Shown here piece by piece: positions 29,655 through 37,927 of a DNA stretch of 64,000 bases. Every line of letters begins with the position of its first letter. Position 1 is the first letter of the stretch. Below the pieces are notes generated by a model, which was given only the letters and a program-made list of their open reading frames with translations, did no database searches and was not told the origin of the DNA. Source of the stretch: an uncultured Gammaproteobacteria bacterium. Lineage in GTDB: Bacteria > Pseudomonadota > Gammaproteobacteria > Arenicellales > JAANXG01. The stretch spans positions 48,012 to 112,011 of the forward strand of contig CAMYNL010000005.1 of assembly GCA_947259705.1 (NCBI GenBank), given 5' to 3'. The position numbers and the translations under genes were made by a program.

Positions 29655-30275
29655 CTACAGCACGGCAAGATCCGCTTCTAGACTCACATAAGTCTTCTTG
29701 AACCTACCAATCGCACGATACAACCTCATTTTTACACCACTCAAACTCGTACCGAGGTGATCAGCGATACTCATCAACGAAAGATTATGGAAAAACCGTA
29801 ACTTGATTACCTCGCGGTCCGTCGACGGCAGACGGTCTAATACTGCGTCAATGATGTTGGTCAGCTCCAGAGTTGAGACGAAATCGTCTGTAGTCAAAGG
29901 ATGGATATACCTCTCGTCTTCATCAAACCTCTCGCAGACTTGGTGTCGCGCATGATGTGAATAGACGGTGCAGCAATCATTTTGAATAATGCGGTAGAGC
30001 CACGTGCGAAAACTGGAACGTCCATGAAATCTGTCGATACCCCGGTAGACATGGAGCAGTATTTCCTGGCTCGCTTCCTCTGCCTTATCCGCTTCGCGCA
30101 GGTAAGACAAACATGCGCGGTAGATCGCGGTCTTATAGCGGCGCAACAGCGCCTCCAGCGCACCACTGGAGGACGGACCACTCTCACGAACGAGCGCGAC
30201 GAGATCCTCGTCGTCGTAGGATACGACGGCGCAGTTTCGCGAATTGAGGCCACCAGTGACGCGGACGCTTACCAT
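29655..30275 (-). CDS. ECF-type RNA polymerase sigma-70 family factor
   Basis: 206 aa. Region 2 is EASQEILLHVYRGIDRFHGRSSFRTWLYRIIQN. Region 4 is LPSTDREVIKLRFFHNLSLMSIADHLGTSLSGVKMRLYRA. Confidence 0.88.
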   Translation of the reverse strand: MVSVRVTGGLNSRNCAVVSYDDEDLVALVRESGPSSSGALEALLRRYKTAIYRACLSYLREADKAEEASQEILLHVYRGIDRFHGRSSFRTWLYRIIQNDCCTVYSHHARHQVCERFDEDERYIHPLTTDDFVSTLELTNIIDAVLDRLPSTDREVIKLRFFHNLSLMSIADHLGTSLSGVKMRLYRAIGRFKKTYVSLEADLAVL

Positions 30276-30875
30276 TGATTCACGCCTCGTAGGGGAATAC
30301 AGGAGGCAAGGTACGGCAGGCCGTCTGACAAATAAAACGAATTATTCTGGTATACTTAATAAAAATATTTTGTTAAATAAGCGCGCTTAGTCTGCGCGTT
30401 TTCTCTGCAAATCGGACTATCTCTCTGTTTTTAAATGGGTTTGCAAACGGCCATTGATGTCTCCGACGCGCGCGACACCAATTGCGCGGGCGTCGGGTTC
30501 GCCCCGCTCCGCGACACCCTGAGGGCGGACCAACTGTGATCATTACCACGTCGATCCGGTTAGGTTCATTTCCCTGAGTTTAGGACTACCCGTCGCGGAC
30601 CGAAGTCACGCGCTACGCCACAGCGGAAGATACAAATCGTTTCCAAGGCGGCGTCTGACGACTCCCGCCGCCGACTTCACCGCGCTGGCTTGCACGCGGG
30701 CTGATGAATCATCGCCGTCAGAAATGGTTTCACATATCCGGAGTCGCTCTGCCGACGAGAGTTATCGACGCTCACACTGCAACGCCAATGCGCAGCCCTG
30801 GCAAACGGGGTAATCGTCCGAGATTCATCCCGCGGACATAATTGAACTTACCTATCAGATAGCGAGAATCCGGCT

Positions 30876-31715
30876 ATGGATATTGATACCTTGCGTACGT
30901 TACTTGAAGTCAATCGTACTCGGCATTTCGGCAAAGCAGCCGAGGAGCTCTTTGTCACCCAGTCAGCAGTGAGTGCGCGCATCAAGAAATTAGAGCAGAC
31001 TTTCGGAGTTCGTTTGTTCAATCGCCAACTTCGCGATATCCATCCTACTCCCGAAGGACGACGTTTGCTCTGGCATGCCGAATCGATGTTGGCGCTTTGG
31101 CGCAAAGCACGGCAAGACATCGCCGTCGCGGATCAAGCCCAGGTACAGTTGGCCATAGGTGGAATCGTGAGCTTATGGGATGTACGTCTTCAGGAATGGG
31201 TGCATCGCGTTCACAGCGCCATCCCTGATCTTGCTCTCATATTGGAAGCATACGGACATGATCGTCTTTTGCGTCGAATGATTGATGGGGCATTGGACAT
31301 GGTATTTCTGTACGAACCACCGCAACTCGAGGAATTCATGATCGATCAGATTGCCGATATCTCATTGATCATGGTATCGAACATACCAAATCAAACAGCG
31401 GAACAGGCGCTGAGTGATTACATTATGGTGGACTGGGGAGAAATGCATGCATTACAACACTCCCGCTATTTTCCAAATGCTCCCGTTCCAGCGCAACGCA
31501 TCTCCCAAGGCACCATTGCATTGAATTTCATGCTGGTCTGTGGTGGCGCTGCGTATCTCGCTGAACAATCCGTTCTGCCGCTGCTCGAGCGAGGAAGTTT
31601 GCATCGTGTAGATGATGCACCTTTAATCAGACGTAGCGCCTTTGCGGTATACCCACGCCGCAGCGGTCGATTGGAGTTGATTAAACAAGTGGTTGCCTAT
31701 TTCGGTACTGACTGA
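30876..31715 (+). CDS. LysR-family transcriptional regulator
   Basis: MDIDTLRTLLEVNRTRHFGKAAEELFVTQSAVSARIKKLEQTFGVRLFNRQLRDIHPTPEG HTH, plus a LysR substrate-binding-like C-terminus. Confidence 0.88.
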   Translation: MDIDTLRTLLEVNRTRHFGKAAEELFVTQSAVSARIKKLEQTFGVRLFNRQLRDIHPTPEGRRLLWHAESMLALWRKARQDIAVADQAQVQLAIGGIVSLWDVRLQEWVHRVHSAIPDLALILEAYGHDRLLRRMIDGALDMVFLYEPPQLEEFMIDQIADISLIMVSNIPNQTAEQALSDYIMVDWGEMHALQHSRYFPNAPVPAQRISQGTIALNFMLVCGGAAYLAEQSVLPLLERGSLHRVDDAPLIRRSAFAVYPRRSGRLELIKQVVAYFGTD

Positions 31716-32331
31716 GATGGCAGATTCATGTTGATCTGTTTTCAAAACTGAGGCTGGTTCGCAGGTGAGTTTCTTGAAAGTCCTCGTCGAACGGCTTACG
31801 CAAATACAAAACAGTTAAAGGTCGTCGCGGAGCAGGGTCTGGCGATCATCGAACTGTACTAGATCAGTCACAAAAACCGGTAACGCCCAGAGGGCGCCGA
31901 GGGTGTATATCTGTGATGGATATAGCATTAAGGGTTACAGTGGTCGTTCCGCCCTGGGGGTGTGAATCCATCGCTCGCAACGCTGTTGTCCATTGAAAAT
32001 TGCCATGCTAATTCAAAAGCTTTCCGCGATAACAGCCAGACGGCCATTTGATATGATATGGCTGATGTAGGCACTTAATGAGTGCTATCATTCTTACGGC
32101 TAATTGTGTCCGTTGGATCTGGACCAGCGAACGGTGTTTCGGAGTAAATCTCTGCCAGTCTGAACCTATCTATTCGGGCTGATGATAACCCAGGGTATCA
32201 TTCTACCGAGAAATACCTTCATAGGCTCCCAGACAATCTGTATCTAACATGCGCGGTCATGATTAAAATTCCACAGAATCCCAAGCAGGGGATAATGGTT
32301 AAGAAGTACTTGGAACCCGAGGTAAGTATTC

Positions 32332-32991
32332 ATGAACACAGACCTTGCCAACCGGATTGTCGATACCGCAGTAGAACTTTCTGAACAGGCCTCCTGGGAA
32401 GCGTTATATCTGCATCAGGTCGCCCAAAGTCTTAACATCACGCTGGACGAACTGCATCGCCACTACTCGGTTAAAGATCAACTTGTGGAAGCCTGGTACG
32501 ACCGCGCTGACAGTGCCATGTTGCGGGCGGTGGAAGCGCCGGGGTTTCAGCAGCAAACCATTCGCCAGCGTTTAGACCTGCTGATCATGGCGTGGCTGGA
32601 TTTCCTGGCGACCCACAAGACCGTGTCCCGGGACATGTTGTTGTACAAACTGGAGCCGGCCCATATTCACCTGCAGATCCAGGGCGTATTACGCCTTAGC
32701 AGAACAGTGCAGTGGCTACGCGAGGCCGCGCGAATGAATGCCACCCATGGGCAGCGCATCGTTGAAGAGTTTGGCCTGACGGGTATTTTTCTCAATACGT
32801 TTATATATTGGATGTTCGACCAGTCCGAGCGGCAAACTGATACCCGACGATTCCTGGACCGGAAGCTGGCGCGCGCCGAACGGTTCTCCAAGATCTTCTT
32901 CAGCCAGCAGACAACCGGCAGCGCGATGCCGTGGGTAGAAGATCAGGCCGATAGCACGACAAATAAACAGGATGTGCCGACCGGCCCGTAA
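32332..32991 (+). CDS. TetR/AcrR-family transcriptional regulator (probable)
   Basis: 219 aa. The N-terminal helix-turn-helix-like segment IVDTAVELSEQASWEALYLHQVAQSLNITLDELHRHYSVKDQLVEAW and the all-helical remainder fit a TetR-type regulator. Confidence 0.6.
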   Translation: MNTDLANRIVDTAVELSEQASWEALYLHQVAQSLNITLDELHRHYSVKDQLVEAWYDRADSAMLRAVEAPGFQQQTIRQRLDLLIMAWLDFLATHKTVSRDMLLYKLEPAHIHLQIQGVLRLSRTVQWLREAARMNATHGQRIVEEFGLTGIFLNTFIYWMFDQSERQTDTRRFLDRKLARAERFSKIFFSQQTTGSAMPWVEDQADSTTNKQDVPTGP

Positions 32992-34058
32992 TGGACACCA
33001 TCACCCATGCCATTATCGGTGCCACGGTCGCCCGGGCCACGGCACCCGGCACCACGTCCCCGGATTCACTGAATACAAAACAACGTGTCGGCATCGGAGC
33101 GCTGGCGGCGGCGTTTCCGGACATCGACTATTTTTCCAACTTTATCCATCCGCTGGCGTTTATCGCCGAGTGGCATCGTTCCGTTACCCACTCCTTTGTC
33201 ATGCTGCCCATATGGGCCATCACCACGGGATTCATCCTGGCCTGGCTGTTCAAGAAGACCGCAAACATGAAAGAAATCATGGTGATCTGCGGCCTGTCCA
33301 TTGTCTCCCATATTCTGACGGACTTGATTACCAGTTGGAGTACCCAGATCTTTTCGCCGCTCTCGGATTTCAGCATGGCATGGGGGCTGACGTTCATTAT
33401 CGATCTTTACTTTACCGGCATCATCCTCTTGGCGCTGGCGATCGCACTGATCAAGGACTCACGTCTCGCTGCCCGCACCGGTATAGCCGTACTCGCGGCA
33501 TATGTGGGATTCCAAGGCATACTGAAGTACCAGGCCCATGGCATCGGCCAGGACTACGTCGTTCAGCAAGGCTGGCAGGACGCCTCCATCTATACCATGC
33601 CGCAACCGCTTTCGCCGTTCAACTGGAAGGTGGTGGTTATACAACAAACGCAGTACCAGATGGCACTGGTGAATCTGCTAAGAACCGGGCCGCAACCCGA
33701 ACCTGATCGCAGTGATGCGACACTTTCCAGCCTGATGCGATATTACCGACCAAGAGATCACCTGCGTTGGCAGACTTATCCTCAAATCAACGACCCTCCC
33801 GACGTTTCCACCGTGTGGCGGCGACCGGAGCTGGAGCTCTATCGCAAGTTTGCAGTGTTACCTTATCTATACAATGCCAGTACGAATCAGAATGAACGAT
33901 GTACCTGGTTCGATGACCTGCGATTCAAGTTGCCTATCGGCTACGCGCCATTTCGCTATGGCTTGTGCAGGGAAACCCGGACCGACCGGTGGAAGCTGTA
34001 TCGGCTTGTTGGAGACGGGGCCGGGATGGCCAACCGCAAACTGATACCTGTCTACTGA
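32991..34058 (+). CDS. Membrane-bound metal-dependent hydrolase (DUF457 / YdjM-YbcI family)
   Basis: MDTITHAIIGATVARA N-terminus followed by HRSVTHSF and several TM helices. The ATG overlaps the TAA of the TetR-like gene (TAATG). Confidence 0.7.
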   Translation: MDTITHAIIGATVARATAPGTTSPDSLNTKQRVGIGALAAAFPDIDYFSNFIHPLAFIAEWHRSVTHSFVMLPIWAITTGFILAWLFKKTANMKEIMVICGLSIVSHILTDLITSWSTQIFSPLSDFSMAWGLTFIIDLYFTGIILLALAIALIKDSRLAARTGIAVLAAYVGFQGILKYQAHGIGQDYVVQQGWQDASIYTMPQPLSPFNWKVVVIQQTQYQMALVNLLRTGPQPEPDRSDATLSSLMRYYRPRDHLRWQTYPQINDPPDVSTVWRRPELELYRKFAVLPYLYNASTNQNERCTWFDDLRFKLPIGYAPFRYGLCRETRTDRWKLYRLVGDGAGMANRKLIPVY

Positions 34059-34253
34059 CACCCCGGGGCATATCCCCCGAAACGGGCGGCCTTTCAGAGA
34101 AAACAGAAACCGGTCCGGATTTTTACTATTTCTCGTGCCCCCGCGAGGCTGGAACAATTTGATGATCGTGCGCGGACAGTCTACCGCGGTCCTTTGCTTA
34201 TAAGCGCTTCTTTGTTCAGCATGATGCCCATGACCCCGATCTGAATACACCGC

Positions 34254-35048
34254 TCAGGCTGTCGTGTTGCCGCTTGCGACCACGTCTGTGTCCAAGGGAT
34301 CCTGACGGTAGAACCGGACCAGCTGCTGATAGACCCCTGGATATGCCGGGCGTAGTTCATACGGTCGTTCGAAGAATGTTTCGCTGCAAACCGCGAAGAA
34401 CTCGCCCGGGCTGGTCGCGGCATAGCCGTCCAGCGACGTGGACATCCCGCGGTCCAGGCACCTGTTCAGGTCTTCGTAGGCGGCGCCCAGTTCCCGATGC
34501 CAGGCCGCACGGTCCATGTTCCGGTGCAAGGGCGGACATCCGTTGGGTCCGTCCGCAAGCATGTCGAGCTTGTGGGCCATTTCGTGGATGACCACGTTGA
34601 AACCGTCACCGTGGCCCGACGCCTCCACATCGGCCATCGACAGCACCACCGGGCCGCGCTCCCAGGCCTGGCCGCTCAAGGCTTCCTCCCATTCGTGGTG
34701 CACACCGCTGGTATCGATGGCATGGTGGGGGGCGACGAATTTATCCGGGTAGACGATGATCGAGGACCAATGCCGGTACCAGCCCACGCCCAGTTGCAAG
34801 ATCGGCAGACAGGCCTGGGCAGCCACCGACACCTTGAACCGTTCGTCGATCCGCGCCCCCTGTACCGGATCGAGCTCCTTGTCGTGGATAAACAGACTAG
34901 CCCGCTCATGCAGGCGGCGCAGTTGCCGGGGCGTGAGGCGGTCAAACAGCGCCAGGCTATCGACCACCCGGCGCCAGAGCACGTCGTCGATGCGATGGTC
35001 TCGCCATATGTGGCGCTGCCGCCATCGCACCCAAGGCGGGTTAAACAT
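34254..35048 (-). CDS. mtfA: MtfA-type zinc aminopeptidase (peptidase M90, Mlc titration factor A family)
   Basis: From MFNPPWVRWRQRH: LFDRLTPRQLRRLHERASLFIHDKEL...NVVIHEMAHKLD...GEFFAVCSETFFERP. The long ORF opens earlier (35189), but the ATG at 35048 fits the family N-terminus. Confidence 0.82.
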   Translation of the reverse strand: MFNPPWVRWRQRHIWRDHRIDDVLWRRVVDSLALFDRLTPRQLRRLHERASLFIHDKELDPVQGARIDERFKVSVAAQACLPILQLGVGWYRHWSSIIVYPDKFVAPHHAIDTSGVHHEWEEALSGQAWERGPVVLSMADVEASGHGDGFNVVIHEMAHKLDMLADGPNGCPPLHRNMDRAAWHRELGAAYEDLNRCLDRGMSTSLDGYAATSPGEFFAVCSETFFERPYELRPAYPGVYQQLVRFYRQDPLDTDVVASGNTTA

Positions 35049-35218
35049 TGATACGAGATATGGGCCCGTATAGTGGACACAGGCTTGGGGTCTGACCCCA
35101 CTTCGTTGGTAAATTACACGCCGCGGTTCAGGATCACCCACGGCCTGCGGAGGGTTCGATCCGGTCCGCCCGCTCGCGGCACGGACCACACCGAACTATA
35201 CACTCACTCCGCGCCCGG

Positions 35219-35728
35219 TCAGCGCGGCAGGTGCTCGTAAGAGAACACAAACTCCTTATCAGCGAGAGGATGATGACACTGCCGACAGGCAGTCACGTCC
35301 TTTTCCAGGCGTTCACCGGATGGACTGAAGACAGCGAACTCCCAGTCCCCGACCTTCAACTCGTCGGTGTATTCAGCGTCGAATTGCTGCCCGCGCGCCA
35401 TCACCACGACAGCCGCGAGTTCATCAATTATGCGGCGACCCAAGACACTCCTGATCGGTTTGCCGTCTGCATCGAGCTTTACGCTGTAAAGTTCGCCCAC
35501 CACCACGGAGCCGTAGGGCAACTTGCCGTCGGCCCGCGCACCCGCAACAGCCGTCTCATTGGCGAAGATTCGAATAACCTGTTTTTCGTTGGCCGTGCGG
35601 TCACCGTTGAACGTGTTGGTGAACTCCGTCTTGTAATTGGCCGGCCATGCGACGTTCTCTGGTCCGGCCTGAACAGCCATGGACCAAAACAAAACACCCA
35701 GTGCCACCCCTGACAGTACGCGCATCAT
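35219..35728 (-). CDS. Cytochrome P460-family periplasmic haem protein
   Basis: 169 aa. Signal peptide MMRVLSGVALGVLFWSMAVQA; block IRIFANETAVAGARADGKLPYGSVVVGELYSV...; C-terminal CRQCHHPLADKEFVFSYEHL. It has a single CXXCH near the C-terminus, as in P460/c'-beta proteins. Confidence 0.72.
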   Translation of the reverse strand: MMRVLSGVALGVLFWSMAVQAGPENVAWPANYKTEFTNTFNGDRTANEKQVIRIFANETAVAGARADGKLPYGSVVVGELYSVKLDADGKPIRSVLGRRIIDELAAVVVMARGQQFDAEYTDELKVGDWEFAVFSPSGERLEKDVTACRQCHHPLADKEFVFSYEHLPR

Positions 35729-35950
35729 AGTTCATACCTCCGTAAAGATTATGGGTCACCCCGTGATACAGGCGACATCACCTGCGTCGAAACCGTGGAG
35801 TACATCATCCGCCTCTGCGGAATCCAGATCAAGACTGCGCAAGTCAGCCTCAAAAGTGGGGTCAAAAGTGGGGTCAGATCCGACTTAACTAAAAACGGGG
35901 TCTAACTAAAAACGGGTTCAGATCCGACTTAACCGGGAGGAGTCAATATA

Positions 35951-37048
35951 TTAACCCGGCCATTATATAGATCTGATATAATGCATGGATGGAAAAGATA
36001 GATGCACGCAAACTACCGGCGAGTGCGGTAGAAGAGAAACGAAGGCAAGCGGTGGTGTTGAGGCGTAAAGGGATGACGAGGGCGGAGATAGGCGAGATTG
36101 TAGGAGTCCACGCGGATACTGTGGGCCGTTGGTTGAAGGCCTATGAATCGCAGGGTGCTAAGGGTTTGAAAACGAAGGCACGGGGTCGACCCCAAGGCAG
36201 CGGTAGGCGCTTGGACGAGGAGCAGGAACGCAAGATCCGCAGGCTATTGGTGGACAAGACGCCGGACCAGTTGAAGATGCGGTATGCGCTATGGACCCGG
36301 GAGTCGGTGCAGGAGTTGGTGAAAGCGCGACTTGGGATAGCGTTGCCGATACGCACCGTTGGTCACTATTTGAAGCGTTGGGGTATGACGCCGCAGAAGC
36401 CGGTGAAGCGGGCTTACGAACAACAACCGGAACGCGTCCAGCATTGGCTGGAAGAGACGTATCCGGAGATACGTGACAAAGCCAAGGCAGAGCACGCGGA
36501 GATCTACTGGGGAGACGAGACTGGGCTTCGCAATGATTGCCAGCGTGAGCGGGGCTACGCTGTGAGAGGCAAGACGCCGGTCATCCGTTTGAACGCGAAG
36601 CGGGAGTCGGTGAATATGGTGTCTGCAATCACGAATCAGGGCAAGGTTCGGTTCCGATTGTTTGAGGGCGGGATGAATGCCCAGGTTCTGATTGAATTCA
36701 TGCGGCGGCTGATCAAGGACGCCGGCCGCAAAGTAATCCTGATTTTGGACAATTTGCGGGTTCATCACGCCAAGAGAGTGAAAAAATGGCTGTCCGGGAA
36801 AACGAAGCAGATCGAGGTCTTCTATCTGCCTGCCTAATCACCCGAATTGAACCCTGACGAATATCTCAATTGCGACCTGAAGGCCGGCGTGCATTCTGGC
36901 CAACCCGCTCGGTCAAAGGCGCAACTCAAGAAAAAGGTCACCCGGCACATGCGTATGCTGCAGCGGCGTTCATCTCGCGTAAAGAAATACTTCGAACACA
37001 AGAAAATCCGCTATGCAGCATAAACGATGTATTTGTTGGCCGGGTTAA
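35951..37048 (+). mobile_element. IS630-family insertion sequence (1098 bp) with TA target-site duplication
   Basis: Terminal IRs are TTAACCCGGCCA (35951-35962) and TGGCCGGGTTAA (37037-37048). It is flanked by TA at 35949-35950 and 37049-37050. The uninterrupted neighbouring repeat copy shows the empty site GTCAATA-TA-GTAACCAC. Confidence 0.9.
35989..37023 (+). pseudogene. IS630-family DDE transposase with an in-frame TAA at 36835-36837
   Basis: The 282-aa ORF ends ...IEVFYLPA*. It continues in the same frame as SPELNPDEYLNCDLKAG...KKIRYAA*. The stop sits where the family has Tyr in the conserved YLPxYSPELNP motif, so the last catalytic acidic residue lies beyond the stop. Confidence 0.88.
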
Positions 37049-37192
37049 TAGTAACCACTAACTAAAAACGGGGTCAGATCCGACTTAACCGGGAGGAGTC
37101 AATATAGTAACCACAATAAGTCGGATCTGACCCCACTTACTGGCGGCTTGGGGCGCCCGTGTATGGCAGTTCGCGCTTCGCGGCGACCGTAC

Positions 37193-37882
37193 TCAGGGAT
37201 TGTACGGCGTGCGGATGCGCTCGTCTTCGGGGATTTCCTCGAACTCTTCCGGGTCGCTCGGGGTAGCGTCCACCACCTCATCGGGGGTCTCCGCTATCAG
37301 TTCTTCGCCTGCTTCCGCGGCTCGCGCCTCGGCCTCCTCTGGACTCAGCGGCTCGCCCGCTCCGCTGGCCGCGGTTGCGCCCTGCGCTGATTCGGCCAGC
37401 GCATAGCCCGCCGACACCAGCTCATTGCGGATCACCCCGCTGCTGTAGCCGGGGATCGCCCGCTCACCCACCGTCAGTACCGGCACTGCCAGCTGGCCGG
37501 CCTTCTCCTTTAGCTCGGCCTGCACCTCACGGTCCTTTTCCGCGTTCTTTTCCGCATAGGGCACGTTATATCTTGTCAAGAGGTTACGCACGAGGTCACA
37601 GGCATCGCATTCCGGCACCGAGTAAAGCACGACCGGATTTGCAGCCGCGGCCTTTTGGTTTGGATCGGCCGCGACAGCTTTAGGTTTCTCACCATATTCC
37701 CCCAGCAGGTCGGCACCCTCGGGCGGCGGGCGGTCCTGGTAGGTGATATTGCCCTGCTCATCCACCCACTTGTACATCTTCTGGGCCTGTACCGGCGCGA
37801 TCGCCAGCAGCATGCCCGCCAGCAGCACTAACCAATTAGAGTTATTTCGAAACATGGCGCTCATAACCGATGGATATCGCAA
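37193..37882 (-). CDS. DUF4124 plus glutaredoxin-fold periplasmic protein
   Basis: Signal or TM segment LVLLAGMLLAIAPVQA; MYKWVDEQGNITYQDRPPPEG (DUF4124-type); then VVLYSVPECDACDLVRNLLTRYNVPYAEKN...VPVLTVGERAIPGY (glutaredoxin-like CxxC). Confidence 0.7.
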   Translation of the reverse strand: MRYPSVMSAMFRNNSNWLVLLAGMLLAIAPVQAQKMYKWVDEQGNITYQDRPPPEGADLLGEYGEKPKAVAADPNQKAAAANPVVLYSVPECDACDLVRNLLTRYNVPYAEKNAEKDREVQAELKEKAGQLAVPVLTVGERAIPGYSSGVIRNELVSAGYALAESAQGATAASGAGEPLSPEEAEARAAEAGEELIAETPDEVVDATPSDPEEFEEIPEDERIRTPYNP

Positions 37883-37927
37883 TAATTATAGCCGAAGCTC
37901 ACGCGGCGCCATCCCGTTCGTCGGGGT

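Larger units (their letters stand above)
35866..37138. repeat. Small inverted-repeat element (22-bp perfect terminal IRs, internal 56-bp tandem unit) carrying a nested IS630 insertion
   Basis: AAGTGGGGTCAGATCCGACTTA at 35866-35887 is the exact reverse complement of 37117-37138. The unit TAACTAAAAACGGG(G/T)TCAGATCCGACTTAACCGGGAGGAGTCAATATAGTAACCAC occurs intact at 37059-37114. A second copy is split by the IS (35903-35950 plus 37051-37058). Confidence 0.8.
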
